Shown here in pieces: positions 40,932-54,638 of a stretch of 64,000 nucleotides of DNA. The first letter of the stretch is position 1; the number at the start of each line of letters is the position of its first letter. The stretch is taken from the NCBI GenBank assembly GCA_963667785.2, contig CAXXMU010000006.1:24547-88546 (forward strand). Reading direction: 5' to 3'. The DNA comes from Alphaproteobacteria bacterium (GTDB taxonomy: Bacteria > Pseudomonadota > Alphaproteobacteria > UBA828). The notes under the pieces are model-generated. The model worked only from the letters and a program-made list of their open reading frames with translations. It searched no databases and was not told where the DNA came from. A program made the translations under genes and the position numbers.

Positions 40932-42089
40932 GTGAACGCCGACCGACGACCGGGCCCGGAGCGGGAGACGGTGCGCGTCGAGCTCGGCGCGCGCAGCTAC
41001 GACGTGCTGGTGGGCGCCGGCCTCCTGCGCGAGGCGGGCCAGCGCCTGGCGCCGCTCCTCCCCGGCCGCTCGGCGGTCGTGATCACCGACCGCGTCGTCG
41101 CGGACCTCCACCTCGACGCGACGCTCGGTGCCCTGCGAGAGGCCGGCTTCGCCTGCTCCACGCTGATCGTCGAGCCCGGCGAGCGCAGCAAGGACCTGGC
41201 GACGCTTGCCGGCGTGCTGGAGGAGATCCTCGGCCGCGGCATCGAGCGGACGACCGCGCTGGTGGCGCTCGGCGGCGGTGTGGTGGGCGACCTCACCGGC
41301 TTCGCCGCCAGCGTTCTCCTGCGCGGCGTGCCCTTCGTTCAGATCCCGACGACGCTTCTCGCCCAGGTCGACAGCGGCGTCGGCGGCAAGACCGGCGTGA
41401 ACAGCGGCCACGGCAAGAACCTGATCGGCACCTTCTACCAGCCCAGGCTGGTGCTCGCCGACGTGGCGACGCTGGGCACGCTGCCCGCGCGCGAGCGGCT
41501 CGCCGGCTACGCCGAGATCGTCAAGTACGGCCTCATCGACGATCCCGCCCTCTTCGACTGGCTCGAAGGCAACGGCCAGACCCTCGTCGACGGCGACCGG
41601 GACCTGCTGCGCACCGCCGTGGCCCATGCCTGCCGGGCAAAGGCACGCATCGTCGCCAGCGACGAGCGCGAGAGCGGCAGCCGCGCGCTCCTCAATCTGG
41701 GCCACACGTTCGCGCATGCGCTGGAGGCGGAGGCCGGCTACGACGGATCACTCCTGCACGGCGAAGCGGTGGCCTGCGGCATCGTGCTCGCCCACCGGCT
41801 CTCCGCCGAGCTCGGCCATTGCGGCGCGGACGATGCCGCCCGGGTGGCGGCGCATTTCCGCGCCGTCGGGTTGCCGAGCGAGGCGGGCGACCTGCCCGCG
41901 CACCGCTGGCACGTGCCCGCGCTGATCGAGCGCATGAAGCGCGACAAGAAGGTGCAGGACGGACGGATGACGTTCGTGCTCACGCGTGGCATCGGACGCG
42001 CCTTCCTCAGCCGGGACGTCCCGCAGGAGGCGCTCCGCGCCCTGCTCGACCGGGCGTTCGCATCGCCCGGCCGCGCGGAGACCCGCTGA
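40932..42089 (+). CDS. aroB: 3-dehydroquinate synthase
   Basis: About 385 aa from GTG 40932: GGGVVGDLTGFAAS...RG.PF.QIPTTLLAQVDS.VGGKTG.N; HGEAV. The exact start is uncertain. Confidence 0.9.
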   Translation: MNADRRPGPERETVRVELGARSYDVLVGAGLLREAGQRLAPLLPGRSAVVITDRVVADLHLDATLGALREAGFACSTLIVEPGERSKDLATLAGVLEEILGRGIERTTALVALGGGVVGDLTGFAASVLLRGVPFVQIPTTLLAQVDSGVGGKTGVNSGHGKNLIGTFYQPRLVLADVATLGTLPARERLAGYAEIVKYGLIDDPALFDWLEGNGQTLVDGDRDLLRTAVAHACRAKARIVASDERESGSRALLNLGHTFAHALEAEAGYDGSLLHGEAVACGIVLAHRLSAELGHCGADDAARVAAHFRAVGLPSEAGDLPAHRWHVPALIERMKRDKKVQDGRMTFVLTRGIGRAFLSRDVPQEALRALLDRAFASPGRAETR

Positions 42090-42123
42090 CCCCACCGCAA
42101 ACCCCAACCCCGACGACACGGCC

Positions 42124-43416
42124 ATGACCACCGAAACTGCCATCTCCATCGGCGCGATCGGACTCCTGATCGCGCTATCGGGCTTCTTCTCCGGCTCGGA
42201 GACCGCATTGACCGCGGCCTCCCGCCCGCGCATCCACCATCTCGCCGGTGGCGGCGACAAGCGCGCTCGCGCGGTCGCGCGGCTCACCGACGACCGCGAG
42301 CGGCTGATCGGCGCGATCCTGCTGGGCAACAACGCCGTCAACATCCTCGCCTCGGCGCTGGCCACCAGCGTGCTGATCTCGTTCGTGGGCGATGCCGGCG
42401 TGGCCTACGCGACGATCGGCATGACGCTGGTCATCGTGGTCTTCGCCGAGGTCCTGCCGAAGACCTACGCGATCCGCCACCCTGACCGCATGGCGCTCCG
42501 GGTGGCGCCGCTGCTCGGCCCCGTCGTGTGGCTGCTCTCGCCCGCCGTCGGCGCGGTGCGGCTGGTCGTCTCCGCCGCGCTCGGCGCTGCCGGTGTCTCC
42601 CCGGGGACGAGGACGCCAGACGCCGCCGAGGAGGAGCTACGCGGCACCATAACCCTGCAGGCGCAGGAAGGCGCCATGGTCAAGCACGAGCGCGACATGC
42701 TGCACAGCATCCTCGACCTCGACGAGGTCGACGTCGGCTCGGTGATGACCCACCGCAAGACCATGGAGATGATCGACGCCGATGCGGCGCCCGCCGCCAT
42801 CCTCGACCAAGTCGTGCAAAGCCCGTTCACGCGCCTGCCGGTCTGGAAAGGCGAGCCCGACAACATCGTCGGCGTGCTGCACGCCAAGGACCTGCTGCGT
42901 GCGGTGCATGCCAACCTCGACGATCTCGATCAACTCGACGTTCTCTCGATCGTGACGGAGCCCTGGTTCGTGCCCGAGACGACGCCGCTCGACGAGCAGC
43001 TCCACGCCTTCCGCGAGCGCCGGGCGCACTTCGCCCTCATCGTCGACGAGTACGGCTCGCTGATGGGGCTCGTGACCCTGGAAGACGTGATCGAGGAGAT
43101 CGTGGGCGAGATCGTGGACGAACACGACGTCGCCGGCGGCGACGCGGTGGAGAGGCCCGACGGCTCGTTCCTGATTCCGGGCACCGCCGCGATCCGCGAC
43201 CTCAACCGGGCCTACGACTGGGATCTCCCCGACGAGGAAGCCGCGACGATAGCGGGCCTGGTGCTGAACGAAGCGCAGGAGATCCCCGAGGTGGGTGAAT
43301 CGTTCACGCTGTACGGCTTCACCTTCGAGATCCGCGCCCGCAAGCGCAACCAGATCACCCGGCTGCGCGTGATCCCGCGCCCGCGCGGCGGTGCGGGCGG
43401 CGCAGGCGACGCCTGA
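42124..43416 (+). CDS. HlyC/CorC family transporter (DUF21-CBS-CorC_HlyC)
   Basis: 430 aa from ATG 42124: FFSGSETALTA...GNN.VNI, a CBS pair, and a C-terminal FTFEI....KRNQITRLRV. Confidence 0.9.
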   Translation: MTTETAISIGAIGLLIALSGFFSGSETALTAASRPRIHHLAGGGDKRARAVARLTDDRERLIGAILLGNNAVNILASALATSVLISFVGDAGVAYATIGMTLVIVVFAEVLPKTYAIRHPDRMALRVAPLLGPVVWLLSPAVGAVRLVVSAALGAAGVSPGTRTPDAAEEELRGTITLQAQEGAMVKHERDMLHSILDLDEVDVGSVMTHRKTMEMIDADAAPAAILDQVVQSPFTRLPVWKGEPDNIVGVLHAKDLLRAVHANLDDLDQLDVLSIVTEPWFVPETTPLDEQLHAFRERRAHFALIVDEYGSLMGLVTLEDVIEEIVGEIVDEHDVAGGDAVERPDGSFLIPGTAAIRDLNRAYDWDLPDEEAATIAGLVLNEAQEIPEVGESFTLYGFTFEIRARKRNQITRLRVIPRPRGGAGGAGDA

Positions 43417-43609
43417 GGCCCCTCGGACCGGGGCCGGCGCAGGGCAGCACGCGGGTTGCGCCTCGCGCCCTGAGCCCCCATGTCCCGGCGGGAGAGCGGG
43501 CTGACGCGGCGGCGCGACGCCGGTGAACGACGACGCAAACGGAGACGAGGTTCCGATTGCCGGGGCCCTGCCTCATGCTATTAAGGAGGCGTTGCGAGCG
43601 GGCGAGTCG

Positions 43610-44566
43610 ATGAACAGTTATCTCGATTTCGAAAAGCCGATCGCGGAGATCGAGGGCAAGCTCCAGGAGCTTCGCCACCTCAGCGACGACAGCGGCGTCA
43701 ACATGCTCGACGAGGTCACGCGCCTCGAGGGCAAGGTTGACCGCCTGCTCAAGCAGACCTACAGCCGCCTCACCCCCTGGCAGAAGACGCAGGTCGCCCG
43801 CCATCAGCTGCGCCCGCACGCGACCGACTACATCACCCGCCTCGTCACCGACTTCGTGCCGCTCGCGGGCGATCGCGCCTTCGGCGACGACCGCGCCGTG
43901 ATCGGCGGGCTGGGGCGGCTGCGCGGCTACACGACCATGATCATCGGCCAGGAGAAGGGCGCCGACACGGAGGGCCGGGTCGCGCACAACTTCGGCATGG
44001 CCAATCCCGAAGGCTACCGCAAGGCGATACGCCTGCTGCGGCTGGCCGAGCGCTTCGACGTGCCGGTGCTGACCCTGATCGACACGCCCGGCGCCCATCC
44101 CGGCGTGGGCGCCGAGGAGCGCGGGCAGGCCGAGGCCATCGCCCGCTGCATCGAGGCCGGTCTCGACGTCAGGGTGCCCGTGGTAGCGCTGATCATCGGC
44201 GAGGGCGGCTCGGGCGGGGCGATCGCGCTTGGCGTCGCCAACAGCGTGCTGATGATGGAGCACGCGATCTATTCGGTCATCTCGCCGGAGGGGTGCGCGT
44301 CGATCCTGTGGCGCGACGCCGCCCATGCCGAAGCGGCGGCGGAGGCGCTGCGGCTCACCGCCGAGGACCTGCAGGAGCTCGGCGTCGTCGACGGGATCGT
44401 GCCGGAGCCCGTGGGAGGCGCCCATCGCGATGCGGCGAGCGCCATCGACGCCGCAGGCGCCGCGCTCGAGGACGCGTTCGCCGGGCTGCGCGATCGAGAC
44501 GGCCCGACGCTGCGCAGCCTCCGGCGCGAGAAGTTCCTGGCGCTCGGCGCCGTCGCCGCGACTTAG
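43610..44566 (+). CDS. accA: Acetyl-CoA carboxylase carboxyltransferase subunit alpha
   Basis: 318 aa from ATG 43610: MNSYLDFEKPIAEIEGKLQELRHL... matches the AccA N-terminus, and GEGGSGGALA-type IGEGGSGGAIAL is present. Confidence 0.95.
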   Translation: MNSYLDFEKPIAEIEGKLQELRHLSDDSGVNMLDEVTRLEGKVDRLLKQTYSRLTPWQKTQVARHQLRPHATDYITRLVTDFVPLAGDRAFGDDRAVIGGLGRLRGYTTMIIGQEKGADTEGRVAHNFGMANPEGYRKAIRLLRLAERFDVPVLTLIDTPGAHPGVGAEERGQAEAIARCIEAGLDVRVPVVALIIGEGGSGGAIALGVANSVLMMEHAIYSVISPEGCASILWRDAAHAEAAAEALRLTAEDLQELGVVDGIVPEPVGGAHRDAASAIDAAGAALEDAFAGLRDRDGPTLRSLRREKFLALGAVAAT

Positions 44567-44615
44567 CCTCCCAGACGCACGAATCCGGCGTCGCGGCCGG
44601 CCTCGGCAGAGGCCG

Positions 44616-45389
44616 CTAGCGTGAGACCTGGGCCAAGCGCAGGTTGCGGATGCGGCGGCGCGCGATCTCGGCCCGCACCCGCGGGATCAGCACCGTCAGG
44701 TAATAGGCCATGAAGCCCGCCGCCATGAGCAGCAGCGGCGCCACCATGGAGCTGTCGATCGAGGGGCTGTCGATCTTCGAGATCGTCGCCGGCTGGTGCA
44801 GCGTGTTCCACCAGTCGACGGAGAACTTGACGATGGGGACGTTGACCACGCCCACCAGCGCCAGGATCGCGGCGGCGCGGGCACCCTTGGCCGGATCGTC
44901 GAAAGCGGCGTGCAGCGCGATATAGCCGAGATAGAGGAAGAGCAGCACCAGCATCGACGTGAGCCGCGCGTCCCACACCCACCAAGTGCCCCACATCGGC
45001 TGGCCCCAGAGCGAGCCGCTCAAGAGCGTGATGAGGGTAAAGGCCGCACCGACCGGCGCGCTCGACTTGGCCACCAGGTCCGCCAGCGGATGGCGCCAGA
45101 CGAGGCCGGCCACGCTGCACAGCGCGATCACGACATAGACGAAGAGCGACATCCACGCCGCCGGCACGTGAACGAAGATGATGCGGTAGGCGTCGCCCTG
45201 CTGGTAGTCGGGCGGCGCGACGTAGAGGCCGAGCACGAGACCGGCCGCGATCAGCGCCGCCGTCGCAGCCGCGGCCCAGGGATAGACCGCCCGCGCCGCA
45301 CGCAGGAAGCGCGCGGGATTGGCGAAGAAGTGGATGCTCGTCCATCCGGCCTTCGCCCGCCTCGTGGCACCCGTCGCCCGCGTCGCCAT
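44616..45389 (-). CDS. ccmC: Heme ABC exporter permease CcmC
   Basis: 257 aa containing the WGQPMWGTWWVWDARLTS tryptophan-rich heme-handling motif. Confidence 0.9.
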   Translation of the reverse strand: MATRATGATRRAKAGWTSIHFFANPARFLRAARAVYPWAAAATAALIAAGLVLGLYVAPPDYQQGDAYRIIFVHVPAAWMSLFVYVVIALCSVAGLVWRHPLADLVAKSSAPVGAAFTLITLLSGSLWGQPMWGTWWVWDARLTSMLVLLFLYLGYIALHAAFDDPAKGARAAAILALVGVVNVPIVKFSVDWWNTLHQPATISKIDSPSIDSSMVAPLLLMAAGFMAYYLTVLIPRVRAEIARRRIRNLRLAQVSR

Positions 45390-45402
45390 CGTCGCTTCCG
45401 AC

Positions 45403-46071
45403 CTATTCCACCGTCATGCGCAGCGCCGCCGCCGCCGCCAGCGGGCCGAGCACCAGCGCGCCCACCAGTCCGCCCGCGAGGATGGACAGGTTGGCGCGCA
45501 CGCCGACATCGAGCACGGCGCCCTCGACCGCGCCCACGCCGAATATGAGAACCGGAACATAGAGCGGCAAGACCAGAAGCGCGATCAGCGCGCCGCCGCG
45601 TCGGAGGCCCACGGTCAGCGCCGCGCCGACGGCGCCGATGAGGCTGAGGAGCGGCGTGCCCAGCAGGAGCGAGACGACCAGGACGACGAGCCCGTCCACG
45701 CTCATGTTCAGCAGGATCGCCAGCACCGGCGCCGCGGCAGCCAGCGGCAGCCCGGTGGTGAGCCAGTGCGCGATGGTCTTGGCAAGCACCACGAATTCCA
45801 GCGGCAGCGCGCCGAGCATCAGCAGCTCGAGGCTGCCGTCCTCATGGTCGGCGACGAAGAGGCGATCGAGCGAGAGCAGCGCCGCGAGCAGCGCCGCCAC
45901 CCAGACGACGCCGGGCGCGATGCGGCTGAGCAGGCCGAGCTCGGGCCCGACGCCGAGAGGAAAGAGGGTCACGGCAAGGACGAAGAAGACGACCGCCATC
46001 AGGGAGCCGATGCCGCCCCGCACCGCGAGCGTGAGCTCGCGGCCCACGAGGCGGAAGAACACGCCTACCAC
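45403..46071 (-). CDS. ccmB: Heme exporter protein CcmB
   Basis: 222 aa, multi-TM, FPLGVGP....L....PG..W..ALLA.LLSL..LF..D.EDGSLE. GTG start overlapping the end of ccmA. Confidence 0.9.
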   Translation of the reverse strand: MVGVFFRLVGRELTLAVRGGIGSLMAVVFFVLAVTLFPLGVGPELGLLSRIAPGVVWVAALLAALLSLDRLFVADHEDGSLELLMLGALPLEFVVLAKTIAHWLTTGLPLAAAAPVLAILLNMSVDGLVVLVVSLLLGTPLLSLIGAVGAALTVGLRRGGALIALLVLPLYVPVLIFGVGAVEGAVLDVGVRANLSILAGGLVGALVLGPLAAAAALRMTVE

Positions 46072-46847
46072 GCCTCGTGCTCCGGCTCCGGCTCCGGCCC
46101 CGCTCCGGTCTTGTCGCCGCCGGCTAGCAGCGCATCGGCGGCGATCGCGTGGCGGTCGAGATCGAGGCGCCGGGCGCCCTCGAGCGCGAGCTCCCCGTGG
46201 GTGGCCACGACTGCCATGCCGCCCGCCGCCCGGTGCCGGTCGATCATGGCGGCGACGCGCGCGGCCGCCTCGGCATCGAGCGTGACCGTGGGCTCGTCGA
46301 GGAGCCAGAGAGGCGCCGGTGTCGCCAGCAGGCGGGCGAGCGCGAGCCGCCGCCGCTGCCCCGCCGAGAGGTAGCGCCCCGGCACGTCGGCGAGGTCCTC
46401 GATCCCGAGCGCCGCGAGCGCGCCTGCGTCGGCCCGCGCGCGACCGCGGAGATGGGCCCAGCCGTCCAGGGTCTCGGTCGCGGTGAGCGTCGGCTTCACC
46501 GCGTCGAGATGGCCGATGTAGTGGAGCCGGCTGCGATGGGCAGGCCAGTCGTCGTCCAGCGGGGCGCCGTCCCAGCGGAGCGTGCCGCCGGCGCGCCCGA
46601 GGAGGCCCGCCAGGATGCGGAGCAGGCTCGACTTGCCCGCGCCGTTGGCGCCGACGAGCGCGAGCGCGCCGCCGGGCTCCAGGCTGAACGAGACGCCGGA
46701 GAAGACCGGGCGCTCGCCGCGAATGCAGGCCACGTCCTGCGCCTCGAAGCGGGCCGCGCCGGGCGCGCCGTTATCCGGGCCGGGAATCTTGCACCCCTCT
46801 CCGGTCGGGCCTAGAAGGTCCGGGAACGCCGAGCCTATCGGCGGCAT
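46065..46847 (-). CDS. ccmA: Heme ABC exporter ATP-binding protein CcmA
   Basis: Walker [13 protein letters not shown], signature [14 protein letters not shown] and Walker B LWLLDEP. ATG 46847 is the only canonical start and gives N- and C-terminal extensions relative to typical CcmA of about 205 aa, so the start is uncertain. Confidence 0.85.
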   Translation of the reverse strand: MPPIGSAFPDLLGPTGEGCKIPGPDNGAPGAARFEAQDVACIRGERPVFSGVSFSLEPGGALALVGANGAGKSSLLRILAGLLGRAGGTLRWDGAPLDDDWPAHRSRLHYIGHLDAVKPTLTATETLDGWAHLRGRARADAGALAALGIEDLADVPGRYLSAGQRRRLALARLLATPAPLWLLDEPTVTLDAEAAARVAAMIDRHRAAGGMAVVATHGELALEGARRLDLDRHAIAADALLAGGDKTGAGPEPEPEHEAW

Positions 46848-46906
46848 GCGTGCGCGGCAAGAAGGCCGCGCGCCCCGCTCGCGGCGCCGGAAGAAGGAGC
46901 AGCCCG

Positions 46907-49599
<2,693 letters not shown>

Positions 49600-49603
<4 letters not shown>

Positions 49604-51288
49604 CGAAGTGCCCCCTCGGCGGCCCGGCCGGACGCCGGCGCCGCATCCGCACCGGCCGTCGGATCGCCCAGCAGGTCGAGCGCGAGCGCGCGGAGCCTGT
49701 GCTTCTGCACCTTGCCGCTCGCGGTCATGGGGAAGGCATCGAGCGGGAGCGCGTGGCGCGGCGCCTTGAAGCTCGCGATCCGGCCCTTGCAGAAGGCGGC
49801 GACGTCTGCGCTCGTGACGGTCGCACCCGCCGCCGGGACGACGAAGGCGACGGCGACCTCCCCCAGCCGGGGATCCGGGTAGCCCACCACCGCCACCTGG
49901 TCGATCGCCTCGTGGGCCATGAGGAAGGCCTCGACCTCCGCCGGTGCCACGTTCTCGCCGCCGACCCTGAGCTGGTCCTTGAAGCGGCCGACGAAGCGGA
50001 TGTGCCCGTCGGCGCGGAGCACCACAGTGTCCCCAGTATGGAGCCAGCCGTCGCCGTCGATGGCCTCGGCGGTCTCCTCGGGCTTTTCGTAGTAGCCCTG
50101 GGTGATCATGTAGCCGCGGATCAGGAGCTCGCCCTCCTGGCCCGCCGCCACGTCCCGGCCGCTCTCGGGATCGACGATCCTGATCTCGAAGCCCGGCGCG
50201 GGGAAGCCCGAGGCGTCCGAGCGCTGCTCGGGCGTCGACGTTCCGAAGGACATGGTGGCGAAGGTGAAGGTCTCGGTCATGCCCCAGCCGGTGAAGGTCG
50301 GCACCATCTCGGCCTGCACGCGCCGGGCGATGCGGGCCGAGCTTGTCATGCCGGACGGGAAGGTGCCGAAGCGGAGGCTGGAGATGTCGCGCGGGGTGCG
50401 CGCGAGCGAATCCAGATACTCCTTGTAGTGGGTATCGAAGCCGTGGGTGACGGTGCCGTTCTCGGCCTCGACCAGGCGCATGCACTCGTCGGCGTCGAAG
50501 CGGTCCAGCAGCACGTGCCTGGCGCCCGCGATCACCGCGATCAGCCCGGCCTCGCTGAAGCCGTACATGTGGAAGAGCGGCAGCGGGTTGACGATCACGT
50601 CCTCGAAGGTGAGGCCGATCCGGTTGGCCCGCTCGCGCATGTTGCGGATCATCACGTGGGTGTGCAGCACGCCCTTGGGATGCCCGGTGGTGCCCGAGGT
50701 GTAGCCGATCATCACGGGCTCGTCGGGATCGACCGCGCGCGCCCGCTCGCCGAGCGCGGCGTCGCTCACCGCCTCGCCCGCGGCCAGCATCGCCTCCCAG
50801 TCCAGCATGCCGGGCACGGCGCGCTCGCCGACCACGACGAGGCGACGCAGCCTGGGAAAGCCCTCGATGGCCGCCGCCCGCGGGTCCTGTGCAGCCAGCC
50901 CTGGCAGCACGTCCGCCAGCATGGCGGCGTAGTCCACCGGGCCGGAGCGGTCGACGCTGATCCAGGTGCCGCTGTCGGACTGGCGCACGGTATAGGCCAC
51001 GTCGTCGGTGCGGTAGCGGGTGTTGAGCGGCACCAGCACGGCGCCGACCTTGGCGATGGCGAAGGTGAGGAAGAGCCATTCCGCCCGGTTGTTCATCCAG
51101 AGCGCGACGTGTTCGCCCGGCTCCACGCCGAGCGCGATCAGGCCCTTGGCGACGCGGTCGACCTCCCTGTCGAAGGCGCCGTAGGTCCAGCGGCGGCCGT
51201 CGCAGACCAGCGCCTCGCGCGCGCCCCAGCGCCGGGCCGCCTCGGCCGGCAGGTCGCCCAGCCGCTCCTTCGGGTACCACTCGCCCAT
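49600..51288 (-). CDS. AMP-dependent synthetase/ligase (acyl-CoA synthetase family)
   Basis: 562 aa from ATG 51288, with the AMP-binding motif [14 protein letters not shown] and ...GWLHTGD...DGH..F.GR.KD. The 646-aa ORF start has no support. Confidence 0.85.
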
Positions 51289-51307
51289 GGTGCGTGCGTG
51301 CCCTCCC

Positions 51308-53755
51308 TCAGCCCCGGAGCCGCGCGCCGGCGGGATCGTAGAAGGGCCTGAGGGACACCGTCGCCGGCACGCGCTCGCCGGCGATATCGACCTCGTAGGC
51401 GCCGTCGTCCAGCGCCTGCCAGGCACGCGGGCGCTCGCTCTCAAGATAGCCCATGCCGACCGGCCGCCCGAGGCTGTAGCCGAAGGCGGCAGACGTGATG
51501 CGGCCCGCGACTCGGCCGTCCCGGTAGATCGTCTCGTCATGGAACATCAGCGGCTCGGGCGCATCGAGGCGGACGTGAACGAGGCGCTGGCGGAGGCCCT
51601 CCGCCCGCTGGCGCTCCAGTGCGTCCCGGCCGATGAAGGCGGCCTCCTTCCTGAACGAGACGGCGAAGCCGAGGCCCGCCTCCAGCGGCGTCTCGGCCGG
51701 GGTGATGTCGTGACCCCAGTGGCGGTAGCCCTTCTCGCTCCTGAGCGAATCCATCGCGTGCATGCCGCAGAGCCTGACGCCGAGATCGGCGCCCGCCTCC
51801 AGCAGCCGGTCGAACACCGGCACGACGAACTCGGTGGCGAGGTGCAGCTCCCAGCCGAGCTCGCCGACGTAGGAGACGCGCATGGCCCGGGCCGGGGCGT
51901 AGCCGACGTCGATCTCCCGGCTGGTGCCGAAGGGGAAGGCCTCGCCGGAGAGGTCGGCGTCGCTGAGGCGGGCGAGCAGCGCGCGGGCCTCCGGCCCCAT
52001 CACGGCGAGGACGCCCGAGCCCGAGGTCACGTCGGTAAGATAGACCCGCGCGCCCTCGCTCAGGTTGCGCTCGATCCAGGTGAGGTCGCGCCGCTGCGAA
52101 GCGGTCGCCGTCACCACCAGGTAGCGATCCTCCGCGAGCCGGGTGACCGTCAGATCGGCCTCGATCCCGCCCCGCCGGTTGAGGAGCTGGGTGTAGACGA
52201 TCCGGCCCGCCGGCACCGCGACGTCGTTGGCGCAGATGCGCTGCAGCTCGCGCTCGGCATCGGGGCCCTGGACCAGGTACTTGGCGAAGGAGCTCATGTC
52301 GAGGATGCCGACGGCCTCGCGCACGGCGCGGTGCTCCTCGCCCACGCAGTCGAACCAGTTCTGCTTCCCCCAGGCGTATTCGTAGGCCGGCTCGACGCCT
52401 TCGGGCGCGAACCAGTTGGCGCGCTCCCAGCCTGCGGTCTCGCCGAAGCAGGCGTTGTGGGCGGCAAGGCGGGCGTGCAGCGGGCTGAGCCGCACCGGAC
52501 GCGCCGTCTCCACCTGGCGATGCGGCCAGTGCATGGCGAAGAGCAGGCCCAGGCTCTCCCGCGTGCGGTCGGCGAGATAGCGGCGGTTGTTCTGGAAACC
52601 GGCGAAGCGGGAGATGTCGAGCTCGGCGAGGTCCACGGTCGGCTGGCCCTCGACGATCCACTCCGCCATCACCTTGCCGGCGCCGGGAGCGCTGAGAATG
52701 CCCTGCGAGTTGAAGCCGGCGGCAACGAAGAAGCGCGCGAGCTCCGGCGCCTCGCCGAGCACGAACCTGTTGTCGGGCGTGAAGCTCTCCGGCCCGTTCA
52801 GGAACTGGCGGATGGGCGCCTGCTCGAGCACCGGCAGGAGCTCGATGGCGTTGCTCATGGGCGCCTCGAAATGCTCCCAGTCCTCCGGCAGCTCGATGAA
52901 CTCGGCGCCCGCCGGCAGCTTCTCCAGGGGCAGCGGCTTGGCCTCGGGCTCGAAGGAGCCGACGAGAAGGCGGCCTGCGTCCTCCTTCACGTAGATGAAG
53001 CCGTCGGTGTCGCGGACGATCGGCGTGTCGGGCGAGAGGCCCTCGATCGGCTCGGTGACGACGTACATGTGCTCGGCCGCATGGAGCGGCACGCCGACGC
53101 CCGCCATCAGGCCGATCTCGCGGGCCCAGATGCCGCCGCAGTTGACGACGGTCTCGCAGGCGATGGTGCCGCGTGCGGTGCGGACGCCCGCGACGGCCCC
53201 GTTGCGGCGCTCGAAGCCGGTGACCTCGGTCTCCTCGACGATGCGCGCGCCGCCCGTGCGCGCGCCCTTGGCGAGCGCCATGGCGGTATCGACCGGATTG
53301 GTCTGGCCGTCGCCGGGGATGTAGATGGCGCCCTTGATGCGGGAGACGTCCATCAGCGGATAGAGCGCCTTCACCTCGTTCAGCCCGACCTCGTAGGCCT
53401 CGACGCCGAAGCAGTCGCCAAGCGCCGCCATGCGCCTGATCTCGGTGAGCCGGGCGTCGGTCCGGGCGACGGGGAGGCTGCCCTTGCGGCGGAAGCCGGT
53501 CGCCTGGCCGGTCTCGGCCTCCAGCGATTCGTAGAGGCCGACGGCGTAGCGGGCGAGCTCCGTCAGCGTGGAGGTGGCGCGGAGCTGGTTGACCAGGCCG
53601 GCCGCGTGCCACGAGGTGCCGCCGGTGAGGTGCCCGCGCTCCAGCAGCACCACGTCCCGCCGCCCGAGCTTGGTCAGGTGATAGGCGATGCTGCAGCCGA
53701 CGATGCCGCCGCCGACGATGACTGTCTCGGCCTGGGTGGGGAACGCCTCCGTCAT
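51308..53755 (-). CDS. FAD-dependent oxidoreductase fused to GcvT-type aminomethyltransferase domain (dimethylglycine/sarcosine dehydrogenase-like)
   Basis: 815 aa with the N-terminal DAO motif TVIVGGGIVGCSIAYHL and a C-terminal folate-binding GcvT-like region. Confidence 0.9.
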   Translation of the reverse strand: MTEAFPTQAETVIVGGGIVGCSIAYHLTKLGRRDVVLLERGHLTGGTSWHAAGLVNQLRATSTLTELARYAVGLYESLEAETGQATGFRRKGSLPVARTDARLTEIRRMAALGDCFGVEAYEVGLNEVKALYPLMDVSRIKGAIYIPGDGQTNPVDTAMALAKGARTGGARIVEETEVTGFERRNGAVAGVRTARGTIACETVVNCGGIWAREIGLMAGVGVPLHAAEHMYVVTEPIEGLSPDTPIVRDTDGFIYVKEDAGRLLVGSFEPEAKPLPLEKLPAGAEFIELPEDWEHFEAPMSNAIELLPVLEQAPIRQFLNGPESFTPDNRFVLGEAPELARFFVAAGFNSQGILSAPGAGKVMAEWIVEGQPTVDLAELDISRFAGFQNNRRYLADRTRESLGLLFAMHWPHRQVETARPVRLSPLHARLAAHNACFGETAGWERANWFAPEGVEPAYEYAWGKQNWFDCVGEEHRAVREAVGILDMSSFAKYLVQGPDAERELQRICANDVAVPAGRIVYTQLLNRRGGIEADLTVTRLAEDRYLVVTATASQRRDLTWIERNLSEGARVYLTDVTSGSGVLAVMGPEARALLARLSDADLSGEAFPFGTSREIDVGYAPARAMRVSYVGELGWELHLATEFVVPVFDRLLEAGADLGVRLCGMHAMDSLRSEKGYRHWGHDITPAETPLEAGLGFAVSFRKEAAFIGRDALERQRAEGLRQRLVHVRLDAPEPLMFHDETIYRDGRVAGRITSAAFGYSLGRPVGMGYLESERPRAWQALDDGAYEVDIAGERVPATVSLRPFYDPAGARLRG

Positions 53756-53975
53756 CGCCCGAGCGCCCGCACGGGGCCTCCTTCGTCGCGCCGCGTCATG
53801 CTGCGGGACTCCCTAGCACGGGCGCTCGCGGCGGAAAAAGGGAGCCGGGAGACGCGGCCCGGGCGCCGGCGCCCAGACAGGGACGCGGGGGTTTGCATTC
53901 CCGCCGCGCTCTTCGCATAGTGCGCCGCAACCGGGCCCGGCCCGGCAACCGGACATCCGAGAGGAGAGGGAGATT

Positions 53976-54461
53976 ATGGCAATCAGCGCGGGCGACAAGG
54001 TGCCCTCTGTCAACTTCAAGCAGCTTACCGCAGACGGGCTCACGGACGTCTCGAGCGACGCGTACCTCGCGGGCAAGAAGACCGCGCTCTTCGCGGTCCC
54101 CGGCGCGTTCACGCCGACCTGCTCGGCCAAGCACGTGCCGAGCTTCCTGGCGCAGGCGGACGCGCTCAGGGCCAAGGGCGTCGACCAGATCGCCTGCGTC
54201 TCGGTCAACGACGCGTTCGTGATGAAGAAGTGGGGCGAGGACACCTCGGCGGCCGGCACCATCGACATGCTGGCGGACGGCAACGGCGAGTTCGCGCGGG
54301 CGACGGGGCTCACCCTCGACGGCACCGGCTTCGGCCTCGGCGAGCGGACGACCCGCTTCTCCATGATCATCGACGACGGCACGGTGACCGTCCTCAACGT
54401 GGAGGAGAACCCGGCGGAGATGGACGTGAGCAGCGCGGAGCACATGCTCTCGCAGCTCTGA
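53976..54461 (+). CDS. Peroxiredoxin, Prx5-like
   Basis: 161 aa: FAVPGAFTPTCS..H.P.F and VNDAFVMKKWG. Confidence 0.9.
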   Translation: MAISAGDKVPSVNFKQLTADGLTDVSSDAYLAGKKTALFAVPGAFTPTCSAKHVPSFLAQADALRAKGVDQIACVSVNDAFVMKKWGEDTSAAGTIDMLADGNGEFARATGLTLDGTGFGLGERTTRFSMIIDDGTVTVLNVEENPAEMDVSSAEHMLSQL

Positions 54462-54638
54462 TCCGGCCATCCCCGACGCGGCCCCCGCAAAAGGCGCTTG
54501 CGCGGCGGGCCGCGCGCACCACATTGTCAGGCATCGGCGGCCGCACGGCGCGCGTGGGGCCGCTCGACCCCGTTTCGGAACGGCGGCCGGCCCGGATTCG
54601 CGGCCGGCGCGCGGAAGCTCAGGAGGAGACATAAGGCG

